Shown here: positions 1-9,897 of the stretch, one piece after another
Position numbering within the stretch: position 1 is the first letter of the stretch
Layout: every line of letters starts with the position of its first letter
IMG/VR virus record: IMGVR_UViG_3300045988_147264
Location: 32,001-96,000 of that record
From: a virus
Length of the DNA: 64,000 nucleotides
Strand: one strand, 5' to 3'
Notes under the pieces: model-generated
Told to the model about the DNA's origin: nothing
The model's database searches: none
Seen by the model: only the letters and a program-made list of their open reading frames with translations
Program-made: the position numbers and the translations under genes

Positions 1-403
1 AATTAGACCAGAAATTATTCTCGCTCTTATAAACGCTCAATGCGTTAGCCTGCAAACCCATGATATACTCAAGATAATCCTTCTCTGAATTCGTGAGAAC
101 ATTCTTGAACACACCGGAACTCAATACAGGCACTGTGTAATAACGCACGGACTGTTCAGACATTCCTCCGGCAAGCACATGTTTAGGATTCTTTACAAGC
201 CATGTCTCCTTAGGGACAAGACGCACAATGATTCTTGACTGTCTAAGACAATTGATCAATTCCTTCCCGGAGCGATTCAACGCCACTTCGGCTGATTCAT
301 CATTATCCTTTACCACAACGCGCTTTGGCTTTGCGATTGGTTTAACGTCATCTGACATGATCTCCTCCATGTCAAGATTAATCTTCTCTTCCACTTTACT
401 CAT
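1..403 (-). CDS. hypothetical virion-module protein, partial (start codon at 401-403, gene runs past window start)
   Basis: Uninterrupted minus-strand reading frame from ATG at 403 to position 1 (MSKVEEKINLDMEEIMSDDVKPIAKPK...). It lies directly downstream of the putative capsid gene and is absent from the ORF track only because it has no stop in the window. Confidence 0.45.
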   Translation of the reverse strand, partial: MSKVEEKINLDMEEIMSDDVKPIAKPKRVVVKDNDESAEVALNRSGKELINCLRQSRIIVRLVPKETWLVKNPKHVLAGGMSEQSVRYYTVPVLSSGVFKNVLTNSEKDYLEYIMGLQANALSVYKSENNFWSN

Positions 404-500
404 AAAAACTTCTTTCTTAAAATAATAAACGCGGAGAGGGCATCAACCCACCCCGCGTTGTATATTCAAATATGTTATCCTTAATCTTATATTAAATCAA

Positions 501-2024
501 TTACTCCGAAAGGATTGACGGAATGATTGACATTGTTCTGGTTGGGTCAAGTACACAAACTCCGAGAGTAGCCATACGGTGCATAACCGCAGAATCCTCA
601 TCGAATGACATGAACTGATTACCGATCTGACCAGTAAACGGATTTCTCAACCCCCATTGATAGCCTCGATACTCTGGCTGTCCCTTAATCTGGCACTTGA
701 AGATATTTGGCTGATCAGATGTGCCAATATAGAAAATGTCAAATCTGTAAGACTGTGCGACTCCACCCTCCGGATGCAGCACCTTGTTACGAACAGGATC
801 ATCATACATTGGGAGTACGTTAAGCTTAACCTTAACTCCTAATGGAGCAATCCACTCTGTTACCTGATAGTCAGTGAGCGACACTGCGTTACCAGGAGCA
901 AAGTTAGCACTGGTCTTATTGAAATATGAAGGGTTCTGGGTTGACATCATAGGCATCCAACCAGAAGCGGTATTCTTAGCCTCGCGGTTAAAAATAAGCG
1001 CACCCTTTTCCCCAGTGTTGATTACGAAAGTGCGATCACCGAAATCAAGCTTAGCCGCAGACAACTCATAAAGAGCGTCGAGAATCAGCTTCATTACAGA
1101 ATGTGTATCATTGTAATACATGGTATTACCATACTCCATCTGCTCGAAGAGACCAGCTCCTGTCTTGATAGCGTTTCCACTCTTTCCGATATTGAGATAC
1201 TCTCCATTCGCGTTTCTATTGGAACGGCCAAACAGAATAGCGTTGTTCTTATAGTCGCTAAAGGTCTGCTCGAACTCCCACTCAACATTGTGCATCCACA
1301 TGTTTGATGTCGTGTGCTCAAGCTTTCCACCAGCAGTCTCCTTTACAATAGGAATACCGACAGCAAGTTTCTTATTAAGCATCGAACCTGGAACTTTGTG
1401 CTGAAGACGAATTGTAGACCACTCGTTACGCATGGATACCGGAGTCGAGAAACGAAGATCTCCAACCTTACGGCTCAATTCTTTCTCTACGAAAGCGGCC
1501 TCAACGGAGAATTTCTCTCCAGCAAGAAGTCTCTCAGCTGGAACGCCATTAATGTTACCACCAGCAAGCTCGACCTTGTATACGGCCTGCGTTCCCTCCA
1601 TCCTAGGATCGCCAAGTATTCTGAACTGATATATTTCATTAAGGTTACCTGTGATGTATTCGCCATCAGCGAACTGATCCTCGTTGAACACAAGATAGAA
1701 CGGAACCGTATTCGCACCGACCATTCCAGATTTTGATGTCACAGGGGTGCCATCCTCCAGTCTCGCCTCTACAAGAGGAATGTTTCTACGATTGGAACCA
1801 ATAACGTCCCACGTATACTCAGAGTCATCCTCGAATTCGTGAATAGGGAATGTATTAAGGAATGTATCCCAACTCTTTCCCCTATAATAAGCAAGCAACT
1901 GAACCATTACGTTAGTTGCCTTCTGTGGCGCGAGTTGATAAATCGCGCCTAAGTGATTTTCCTTAGTAAGTCCTTTCCAATGAGAAAAGCCTACCATCTG
2001 ATACTTACCGAGCAATCCGGCCAT
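501..2024 (-). CDS. putative major capsid protein (HK97-fold, crAss-like size)
   Basis: 507 aa, immediately downstream of an acidic scaffold-like gene in the TerL-portal-...-scaffold-capsid order. Promoter -7 box lies upstream of the scaffold gene. Assignment rests on synteny and size, not on a recognised motif. Confidence 0.45.
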   Translation of the reverse strand: MAGLLGKYQMVGFSHWKGLTKENHLGAIYQLAPQKATNVMVQLLAYYRGKSWDTFLNTFPIHEFEDDSEYTWDVIGSNRRNIPLVEARLEDGTPVTSKSGMVGANTVPFYLVFNEDQFADGEYITGNLNEIYQFRILGDPRMEGTQAVYKVELAGGNINGVPAERLLAGEKFSVEAAFVEKELSRKVGDLRFSTPVSMRNEWSTIRLQHKVPGSMLNKKLAVGIPIVKETAGGKLEHTTSNMWMHNVEWEFEQTFSDYKNNAILFGRSNRNANGEYLNIGKSGNAIKTGAGLFEQMEYGNTMYYNDTHSVMKLILDALYELSAAKLDFGDRTFVINTGEKGALIFNREAKNTASGWMPMMSTQNPSYFNKTSANFAPGNAVSLTDYQVTEWIAPLGVKVKLNVLPMYDDPVRNKVLHPEGGVAQSYRFDIFYIGTSDQPNIFKCQIKGQPEYRGYQWGLRNPFTGQIGNQFMSFDEDSAVMHRMATLGVCVLDPTRTMSIIPSILSE

Positions 2025-2063
2025 AGTTTTGTTTAATTAAATGTTGTTAAAAAATATATTTTT

Positions 2064-3224
2064 CTACACATCGAGCCGCCATCCACCTTTTCCAAGGTAT
2101 TCAGGCGAATTGTCGTCAGTTACCCCACTCAGAAGATTGAGACTGCCGTCACTATTCCTTGAGGTATTCGACAATGTGTGCTCCAATTCACGAAGGCTAC
2201 TCTTCATCTGACGTTTGACACCACTCTGAATAAGCTTTCCAATATTCGAGAAACCATCAGTCAGAGTATAGATTATACCAAAGTTTTTAAGATACTCCTT
2301 TGGATTCTCTCGCTGATATTTCTGAACCGCTGTCAGCATCTGACCAGTCTTATCATCGCGATAAGACGCCTTGCTGATATTATCATAAATCTTCTGCCTA
2401 ACCTGCTTATCTACAGGAAGAGCTCCAAAGATATCCTTATCCTCCATGATAGATTTCTTAAGTTCCTCAAATGATTTACGATTATTGTCATCCTGTTCCC
2501 TTCTAGCCTTCTGTTCTTTGTCAACAAGATCCTTATAAATATTCCTATAATATTCCTTGTTGGCGGCGAGAGCTTCTTTTGCATCTTCGATGTCAGTACC
2601 GGCATCGAAAGATTTCTTGAGTTCTCGTTTAATCTTGTCTTCTGAATAGCCCCTGTTGAGCATGTCCTGCGCAATGATGTTGCTCCTAAGTTTGTCCGCC
2701 TCCTCATCATTCGCTGTTATGTTCTCTTCAGTAATACTATCCAAATATTTAATTATCGACTCGTTTTTCTTAATCTCAGTCGGCTCAACCCCTGCGTTAA
2801 GTGCGTCATTGATGCGTTTCTGTGACTCGTCAAAACGAGACTCGATAACCTTATTAATAGCCTCGGCGAAGTCCTCGGCGGTCTTCACTTTGGCAAGATC
2901 CTCATCATTAAGGCCAGAAAGAACACCGTCTTTCACAAGTGCGTCAAGCGTGGAAGAGTAGAAGTTTGTTTCGTTGTTAGGAGAAGTCTCGGCACCATGA
3001 CCGGTTTCCTCCTGGCCGTTCTTAACAACACTACCTACGCTCTCTGGACCGTCGTCTGAGAATAAACTATCTACATCGACTGGCTCCTCGGTCTTGTGTT
3101 CCCCGTGTTTTCCTTCACCGCCATCAGTGGTTGACGGTTCACCATTAGTTTCTGTGTTATTGCCAATAAAGAGATTATCAATCTCTTCCGGCGTCTGAAT
3201 GAAATCAATATTTAATCCTTCCAT
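2064..3224 (-). CDS. putative scaffolding protein (highly acidic, predicted coiled-coil)
   Basis: 386 aa rich in D/E/K with coiled-coil character (EELKKSIMEDKD..., KRELKKSFDAGTDIEDAKEALAANKEYY). It sits directly upstream of the capsid candidate. Confidence 0.35.
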   Translation of the reverse strand: MEGLNIDFIQTPEEIDNLFIGNNTETNGEPSTTDGGEGKHGEHKTEEPVDVDSLFSDDGPESVGSVVKNGQEETGHGAETSPNNETNFYSSTLDALVKDGVLSGLNDEDLAKVKTAEDFAEAINKVIESRFDESQKRINDALNAGVEPTEIKKNESIIKYLDSITEENITANDEEADKLRSNIIAQDMLNRGYSEDKIKRELKKSFDAGTDIEDAKEALAANKEYYRNIYKDLVDKEQKARREQDDNNRKSFEELKKSIMEDKDIFGALPVDKQVRQKIYDNISKASYRDDKTGQMLTAVQKYQRENPKEYLKNFGIIYTLTDGFSNIGKLIQSGVKRQMKSSLRELEHTLSNTSRNSDGSLNLLSGVTDDNSPEYLGKGGWRLDV

Positions 3225-3285
3225 AAACTCCTAAATTAAAGATTGTTTCGCAAAGATAATCATTTTTAATCAACCAGCACAGAAT

Positions 3286-3750
3286 CTAACTGCCATCGTT
3301 ATGAAAGTATGACGTTCTTAGTTTGGTCAACGTCCTCTTTTCTACATAACGTATCGTAGAATTTTCCTTATATTTTACATTACCATACTTGTCGGCCTGT
3401 TTTTCCGGATAATGATCATAATAGCCATCACCGGCATGCAGCCAACAACGTATACCGGAGTATGCCCCAACAACAAGCAGATAGAGCCACCCGAGACGCC
3501 TGCTTTGAAACGTATGTCCATATTCGTGATATAACGTCTCTTCACGTATTATTCCCTTTTTATTACAAAAACAGAACAGATACTTCCCAAGTGAGAAAGA
3601 CTTACCAGTATTCCGTTGACCATAAACAACGAATTTATGGCCCTTGTCGTCCTCATAATAATATTTTATGATAGGCTTGTAAAACATAATACAGAACAGT
3701 CCAAGTATGTTCTGAGGTAATTGCCATAAATAAAGTAAAAATTCTTTCAT
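3286..3750 (-). CDS. small membrane protein with HExxH zinc-metallopeptidase motif
   Basis: N-terminal hydrophobic helix (ILGLFCIMFY) followed by LYHEYGHTFQS (HEXXH). Confidence 0.4.
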   Translation of the reverse strand: MKEFLLYLWQLPQNILGLFCIMFYKPIIKYYYEDDKGHKFVVYGQRNTGKSFSLGKYLFCFCNKKGIIREETLYHEYGHTFQSRRLGWLYLLVVGAYSGIRCWLHAGDGYYDHYPEKQADKYGNVKYKENSTIRYVEKRTLTKLRTSYFHNDGS

Positions 3751-3751
3751 A

Positions 3752-4216
3752 TTATATTATTGTAATTGTTATTTCCTGGCCTTGTGACACACTTTCATGC
3801 ATCATCCCATATAGTCGCTCAAAATAAGCGCGAGAGTTCGCTATACGGCCTTTCTGTGAGTTTATACCAACCCCTATGCAACCAAGCGACTCCTCCGCTG
3901 TATTGAATGGATGAATAAGCACACCATTATATCCTGGCACGTTGATAAGCCTTGGTATCTTGCCATCACAAAAATCCCTATAATATTTGTTCCACCTGAA
4001 TTTTGGCGACACAACGTCAAGTGTTATCTTATATGTGCCGGTCGGAATGGCTGTCTCTCCATATACCTTGAGTTTATTGATTTGTTCTATCGGCATCTTT
4101 TGGTTAAGTCCACGATCCTTATCCTCAAGTGTGCTTGAAAAATATTTACCGTCAACATATAATTTACCGATAGTATATGTATCGGCCTTGAACACCCTTT
4201 TCAATAAAAGTTTCAT
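3752..4216 (-). CDS. hypothetical protein, possible cell-wall-active enzyme (His...SxGC motif reminiscent of YkuD L,D-transpeptidase fold)
   Basis: 154 aa. VLIHPFNTAEESLGCIGVG resembles the His...Ser-x-Gly-Cys catalytic signature. Function is speculative. Confidence 0.25.
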   Translation of the reverse strand: MKLLLKRVFKADTYTIGKLYVDGKYFSSTLEDKDRGLNQKMPIEQINKLKVYGETAIPTGTYKITLDVVSPKFRWNKYYRDFCDGKIPRLINVPGYNGVLIHPFNTAEESLGCIGVGINSQKGRIANSRAYFERLYGMMHESVSQGQEITITII

Positions 4217-4228
4217 ATTGATAATTTT

Positions 4229-4975
4229 TTAGCGATAGCGTAATTTCTCAGCGACAGCGTAAGCCGTGCGTTGCTCAACATTGAATGAATTAGGCTTTTC
4301 ATCGTAAGCGACGACAAGAAATGCTATTGGAAGGTGATCTCCTGGTACCAAAAACATAGCGTAATATGTTATGCCAGGAGCAGATAAAAGTCCATATAAA
4401 TACTTGTCGTTGTCTTTTAAATCCTCGACATATCCTTGTGACATTCCTGTTCTGCCGGCATTTTGCGCAGCTTTTATGAATGCCAAATTAATGTCTTTTA
4501 GATCTTTGGCGAATGAATTAATGTCTTGACGTAATGATTCCATTGATGGACTCGCAAATACGAATGGCATACCTCCAAAACCAACTTGTGTATTGTGTAA
4601 CTCAAATAATGTGGCAGATCGAGCACTTGTGTAATTAATGACATTATCAAGGCATTTCTGAATATCTCCGCGAACATCAAGACTTTTCTGAAGCTTTTCT
4701 TCATGTACCGCATCTCTTAAATTGGTAATGTGGTTCACAAATTTTTTAGGAAACACTAGGACCCACACAGCAATTGCGATAATGCACATCATTGCGAGAT
4801 TCTTTAATATTCTTTGCCATCGATATTCTTTGCTAAGCAGCTTAAGACCCTTATCAATCCAAGCCACTATTGCGTTTCCTCTATTAACGAACTTATCGTC
4901 ACTTGGGATATCTGGACCGTAATCAACAGGCTCGTCCATAATCGGCTCCTCTATATCTTCTTTCATATTAGTCAA
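4229..4975 (-). CDS. hypothetical protein with internal transmembrane helix
   Basis: 248 aa. Hydrophobic segment LAMMCIIAIAVWVLVF. 8-nt overlap with the upstream gene. Confidence 0.5.
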   Translation of the reverse strand: MTNMKEDIEEPIMDEPVDYGPDIPSDDKFVNRGNAIVAWIDKGLKLLSKEYRWQRILKNLAMMCIIAIAVWVLVFPKKFVNHITNLRDAVHEEKLQKSLDVRGDIQKCLDNVINYTSARSATLFELHNTQVGFGGMPFVFASPSMESLRQDINSFAKDLKDINLAFIKAAQNAGRTGMSQGYVEDLKDNDKYLYGLLSAPGITYYAMFLVPGDHLPIAFLVVAYDEKPNSFNVEQRTAYAVAEKLRYR

Positions 4976-5603
4976 CTATTTTAATAAACCTTTGTTCGTC
5001 CACCTTTATATATGGATTTTTCTCTACAACTCTACCCTCGACAACGATATGTCGCTTTTGAAATATTCTTCCAATCAAGCACTTTTTGGGTTTACCAACA
5101 ATTCTCTTTGATGACGATACTACAATATACGTATCGCTGTTAAACTCTGGATGTACAGCTATCTTATTAGGATACTCTAAACTCAACGCAAGACTGTACC
5201 AATTCTTATCGGTAAGCGTTGTATCAATCTTCATATCCTTTAAAAATATCGTATCTCTAAGCGTTACGGTATCCTTCTTGGAAGACGTCATTACAAGCCT
5301 TGAGATGCTCTCGAGCTCCTTGTCTTTTACGCGTAATTCTTTGCGTACAGCATTCATTTTTTGGTTAATACTGTCAACAGAGTTATTCAGCGCGTCAATG
5401 GTATAATTAAGAACAAGCACACTGTCTTTAAGTTCAGAATTAAATAATTCGTAAGCATTTACGTTATTATTGGATTCAGCTAATTTTCTGTTAAGCGCGA
5501 CATTCTTTTTATATAGTACCGAAGACGCGACAGATAGCGAAACAATAATAACAATAATTGCCGCATAAATGTAATACCTGATCTTCATGTACTTAGCCTC
5601 CAA
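4968..5603 (-). CDS. N-terminally membrane-anchored coiled-coil protein (spanin-like architecture)
   Basis: 211 aa. N-terminal TM helix IYAAIIVIIVSLSVASSV followed by long helical/coiled-coil region. Overlaps neighbouring genes. Confidence 0.4.
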   Translation of the reverse strand: MEAKYMKIRYYIYAAIIVIIVSLSVASSVLYKKNVALNRKLAESNNNVNAYELFNSELKDSVLVLNYTIDALNNSVDSINQKMNAVRKELRVKDKELESISRLVMTSSKKDTVTLRDTIFLKDMKIDTTLTDKNWYSLALSLEYPNKIAVHPEFNSDTYIVVSSSKRIVGKPKKCLIGRIFQKRHIVVEGRVVEKNPYIKVDEQRFIKIVD

Positions 5604-6202
5604 TTAACGTTAGACATTATTGATGAGGTCTGAATACCGCCTTCAGATGTAAAATTAACAATTGTGTTACCAAAATATATGTATTTATCAACTGGCGGAT
5701 CAGGTGTGTCACCGATTCCATCCTGCGATACATTTAACGTTTTGGTTATCACATCGCCATCAGACAAAATAATCTTTATGTCTCTTGAATGAGACGATGT
5801 ATTAGTGCCAACATTGATTGTTATTACATATTCATACATAGCGGTCTTTCCAGGATCACCACTAATGAATATATAATTTACACCATCCCAATTAGATAAA
5901 ATTCCACCGTTTACACGAACGTTACCAGCCATTGATGTCACAATGGTCTTGACATTTGCCGCGCCGACAATAGTTACCATCGATTCGTTTGCATCAAGAT
6001 GTTGGGTATATCTTGATATGTTAAGAACTTCACCGACGCCCTTTTGTTCAAGACTTATAGTCGCATATTTCTTATTATCAAACGATACCCTAAACCGTCC
6101 CATTAGTGACTCTCTTCCATTGTTTGGCGAGGATGTACTAATAATTATATCACTATTTCCTGAACCGGATGTATCGCCGCTCTTAATATAAAAATTACTC
6201 AT
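5585..6202 (-). CDS. Ig-like beta-sandwich virion protein (paralog family, C-terminal W-x-L motif)
   Basis: 205 aa, S/T/N/G-rich, ends NVNWRLST. Similar repeat texture to the 221-, 550- and 921-aa neighbours. Confidence 0.5.
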   Translation of the reverse strand: MSNFYIKSGDTSGSGNSDIIISTSSPNNGRESLMGRFRVSFDNKKYATISLEQKGVGEVLNISRYTQHLDANESMVTIVGAANVKTIVTSMAGNVRVNGGILSNWDGVNYIFISGDPGKTAMYEYVITINVGTNTSSHSRDIKIILSDGDVITKTLNVSQDGIGDTPDPPVDKYIYFGNTIVNFTSEGGIQTSSIMSNVNWRLST

Positions 6203-6253
6203 GTAGCTATTATATTAAGGGACGAGCATAACCCGTCCCCAGTGTTAAACAAA

Positions 6254-6919
6254 TTAAACAGTTGTAAGTGTCCAGGCAATATTGGAAGATATCTTTGCGT
6301 TGGTTGACGGTGTACCGTCTGCGGCAATGCGAATAAATGCTATCTCTGATCCCTGACTATTCGTAAATTTAAGATACTTTTCAGCTCCTGCCTGATTAAT
6401 ATCTCCAGTACCGACGATAGATGCCGTCGTTGCTGATGTTATTGTTACAGGATACTTTACAATAGACACAGACGCATTCGCGGGAATCGTTACAACCATT
6501 GTTACGGTATACTGAGCCGTGGCTCCAGGGTCCCCCGTAGGTGTAACAGTAATATTATTTGTACCAGACAGTGAAACGGCAGAATCATTAACGCTGATGC
6601 TTTTGATTACAGGAATTTGTGAAGAATATCCTGTAGGTGCATCAACCCTTGCAATAAATGACTTACTATTTGACGTAAACACAACATTTACGTTACCGCC
6701 ATCCTTAACAGCGGTTCCGACAGAAGAGATTTTTATGAACTCTGTTGCTCCTTCCTGAGTAATTTCAAGGTTGTTGCTTGATGTTAATGTTCCGTCTGTT
6801 TCTTTTGCAGAAATGTTTACTGTACGAGAGTTTCGTCCGGTATTTTTAGTCGTGCTTATAGTCAACGTGACGTCTCCAGAACCGGAGTCAGGTGTGATTG
6901 TTGCAAAATTAGTTACCAT
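6254..6919 (-). CDS. Ig-like beta-sandwich virion protein (paralog family)
   Basis: 221 aa, T/S/V-rich, ends NIAWTLTTV. N-terminus MVTNFATITPDSGSGDVTLTISTT resembles the start of the 205-aa protein. Confidence 0.5.
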   Translation of the reverse strand: MVTNFATITPDSGSGDVTLTISTTKNTGRNSRTVNISAKETDGTLTSSNNLEITQEGATEFIKISSVGTAVKDGGNVNVVFTSNSKSFIARVDAPTGYSSQIPVIKSISVNDSAVSLSGTNNITVTPTGDPGATAQYTVTMVVTIPANASVSIVKYPVTITSATTASIVGTGDINQAGAEKYLKFTNSQGSEIAFIRIAADGTPSTNAKISSNIAWTLTTV

Positions 6920-6933
6920 ATATATGTATATAA

Positions 6934-9891
6934 TTATGTTGTTGCTATGTCTCTAAAGTAACACCAAACAGCTACATAGCCAGTCCTGTTTGGCCAAACC
7001 TTGTCGAGAACTTGCTGAAGTGTGCAAGAATTCTGTAACCCAGAAAGATTAAAATCAATAAACGAATATATTTCAGGATTACGTGACTCTGCATTAAACA
7101 AGCTTACGCCAAATATCGGTTCAACTCGACCGGTTGATTCATCAATCTGTTTTATAACATCAGATAGATTACTGTCTGTAGCTGTTGCTATAAATGGTTG
7201 ATTCGATGTATCGGTCCAGAATTTTTGGTTATTCGGCAACTGTACTACGGTCGTCGCGCCGAACGTTGTATAACAGTAAAGCCTATGGCTATTCGCATTC
7301 ATATACACGTCCATAGTGGTATCCTTGTTAAGTGGAGGAACCGATTGCGTTTTTGTATCAAAACCAGTGGCGCTCAATCTTATACTATAAGACTTGCCGC
7401 CTTCAAGATTTGCAAATGAGGCTCTGTTTTCTGTACCTGAAAGATTTGGTGCCGAACTTGTTGACTGCAATACACTACCGCTTGCATCAATAAGATCAAT
7501 ATTAATTGGTTCCAGTATTGGATCTGTTAAGTTGATATTAAGACTATAATATTCCTTGTTCTCATAGGCGTTCTGAATAATTGTTTTCTCGTCTGTAGGT
7601 GTTCCTGGATATGATTTATATATACCAATAACATGTCTAGTTTCCTCCACGGCATTAGGCTGGCTAAGCATTGTCACAGTATATGTGGTATCATAATCAT
7701 TCGACGGAGACATATTCACATAAGAGAACGTGTCAGAACTTATTGATGACTTTGGATAATACAGTTTTGATGTTCTATAAAGATTGAATGTACTTGTACC
7801 AGCCACGTCTGTCGGGCTTAAATTTGAGCCATTAGGAATACCGTTACTTGGATTAGGTTCACTCATAAACGCCCAGTCTTCCTTAATGACGGATCCGACG
7901 TTATATGACATCTTTTTGTCAACAAGGCGCACAACACCAGTTCTTGCTGACAATGACGTATTATGCGAAAAATCAAGTCTATATACTGGAGAAGAGGTAC
8001 CACTGTCAACAGGAGTGATCCAATCATCGTCGGATACAACTTGGTATCCAATGTTGTTCTGGTCTGTTATTGTTGGTATCAACGACGTCTCGTCCGCTTT
8101 TATGGTTTCCAGAGCTTTCAGTGACCAATATGGTGTAAGATAAGCTGCGAATGAATCCTGAATAATTGTTGTTGATTTAGAGTATTCACCTAGTCCATCT
8201 GTACGTGTTCCTGTGACTGTTATTGTAGAAGTCTTGGCATATTGTTCCGGATTCGTAGCATAATTGAACGTGATAACATTAGAGTTGTCTTCAACATCTG
8301 TAGTTAGAATCATATTGCCAACCACCGTGACAACAGGGTTTTTTATTCCTGTGTATTCATATGGAAGTTTAAATGTTCCATAATCACAACTTAAATGAAT
8401 ATTTTCTCGCTCGAACTTTACGTCTGCCGGAACATATGTAACTGTAACGATATAATGTTTATACGTAGAATCAACCGCGCACCTTATTATAACGGTTGAA
8501 TTATCAGCGCCTGGCTTAACAGTAAGAACTCCATTATTATTTATAGATGCATATGAGTCTCCTAAACCAATACTCCATGCACAATCTGTTGCACTTGTGC
8601 CATTGAGCCAATTAATTGAATATGTGGCTGAATTTTTAGTATTGTTTACAACCTTTTCTCCGCTAATATTCCATGTACCTGTAGGACTGCTGTATACAGA
8701 AAACCGTCTTGATCCTACTATACTTTTGTTGTCAGTACTCTGAGCGATAACAGTAACGCCGCCTCCTGTGGCTTTGAAAGAAATATTACATATTGAAGGA
8801 TCATCTGTATTTGGTGTTAACGTCGCATAATCAGCTCCGGACGAGATCGCCCAACTAATATTTTTTTGCGTTGTATTAGCAGGAGACAACACTGCTTGAA
8901 TATCACTATCTCCGTAAACAAATTCAGAACCGTTGATGGATATTGAGTTTACCGGAACTTCCGCCTCTTGAGTTATCTTTGTTGACTGGAATGTTATCAA
9001 TTCTTCAGTACTGCTCAAAATGGCTGGATTTACAGCCGCTGATGTAGTGTAATTGGTTGTGTATTTCTCAGAAGTTGTAGCACCGTTTACAAGCGTGCAA
9101 GTAAACACCTGATTATTCAGCATTACACGAACATCCATGCTTCCAGCATGTGCTTCAGAAGTCACCCAATACTCCAATTGATTTTCAGAGATTCTCTTCC
9201 AATGAAGATTTACCGTTGGAACAGGAGTATCAACATATACACCACAAACTGCTGTTACATAATCAGCCGGCGTTAAATCATTCGTGAATGGCTTGTCAGA
9301 AGCATCAACATAAAAATAGTGATAACCTGGCTCAAAACCATATACAACATTAGGCATTCCATCATAAGAATTATTATCTCCTTCGGTATAATAGAACGAC
9401 ATTTCCCAAAGATATTTTGACGTGCCGCCAGAATAATATTCATCTGTCGCTTGAGTATATTTATCAGTAGAGAATTCTGTGCCATTTAATTGAAGAGCGT
9501 TTTCTGGATCATCTTCGTTAATTATCGATCCATCAAACGAATTTGAGTACGATACCCAGTTATCATCATCAGAAAACCTATAACGTATGTATTGTCCATT
9601 GCTATAACCAGAAAAGTCGATGTTATATGGTTCATAATAACCAACGACTTGCCTTTTTTCTGTAAGAGAATTATCCACAAATAACGGCACAAACTCTTGC
9701 TGTAATTCAATAACTTGGGGCAATTCACCTTCACTTCCTTGAAGCGTCATCTGTTGTTTAACAACGCTTCTATCTTTTGATTTATTAGCTGAAATAACTA
9801 ACGGCAGGTCGCCGATCCCAGTACCGTCAAAAGTACCGGGCTCGACTCCTTCACCATTATATTTCAGGATTTTGAACCTGCCTGCATCCAT
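6934..9891 (-). CDS. large tail/virion protein with bacterial Ig-like (Big_2-type) domain
   Basis: 985 aa. Segment ISINGSEFVYGDSDIQAVLSPANTTQKNISWAISSGADYATLTPN...VTVIAQSTDNKSIVGSRRFSVYS matches the Big_2 pattern. Confidence 0.55.
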   Translation of the reverse strand: MDAGRFKILKYNGEGVEPGTFDGTGIGDLPLVISANKSKDRSVVKQQMTLQGSEGELPQVIELQQEFVPLFVDNSLTEKRQVVGYYEPYNIDFSGYSNGQYIRYRFSDDDNWVSYSNSFDGSIINEDDPENALQLNGTEFSTDKYTQATDEYYSGGTSKYLWEMSFYYTEGDNNSYDGMPNVVYGFEPGYHYFYVDASDKPFTNDLTPADYVTAVCGVYVDTPVPTVNLHWKRISENQLEYWVTSEAHAGSMDVRVMLNNQVFTCTLVNGATTSEKYTTNYTTSAAVNPAILSSTEELITFQSTKITQEAEVPVNSISINGSEFVYGDSDIQAVLSPANTTQKNISWAISSGADYATLTPNTDDPSICNISFKATGGGVTVIAQSTDNKSIVGSRRFSVYSSPTGTWNISGEKVVNNTKNSATYSINWLNGTSATDCAWSIGLGDSYASINNNGVLTVKPGADNSTVIIRCAVDSTYKHYIVTVTYVPADVKFERENIHLSCDYGTFKLPYEYTGIKNPVVTVVGNMILTTDVEDNSNVITFNYATNPEQYAKTSTITVTGTRTDGLGEYSKSTTIIQDSFAAYLTPYWSLKALETIKADETSLIPTITDQNNIGYQVVSDDDWITPVDSGTSSPVYRLDFSHNTSLSARTGVVRLVDKKMSYNVGSVIKEDWAFMSEPNPSNGIPNGSNLSPTDVAGTSTFNLYRTSKLYYPKSSISSDTFSYVNMSPSNDYDTTYTVTMLSQPNAVEETRHVIGIYKSYPGTPTDEKTIIQNAYENKEYYSLNINLTDPILEPINIDLIDASGSVLQSTSSAPNLSGTENRASFANLEGGKSYSIRLSATGFDTKTQSVPPLNKDTTMDVYMNANSHRLYCYTTFGATTVVQLPNNQKFWTDTSNQPFIATATDSNLSDVIKQIDESTGRVEPIFGVSLFNAESRNPEIYSFIDFNLSGLQNSCTLQQVLDKVWPNRTGYVAVWCYFRDIATT

Positions 9892-9897
9892 ATATTA

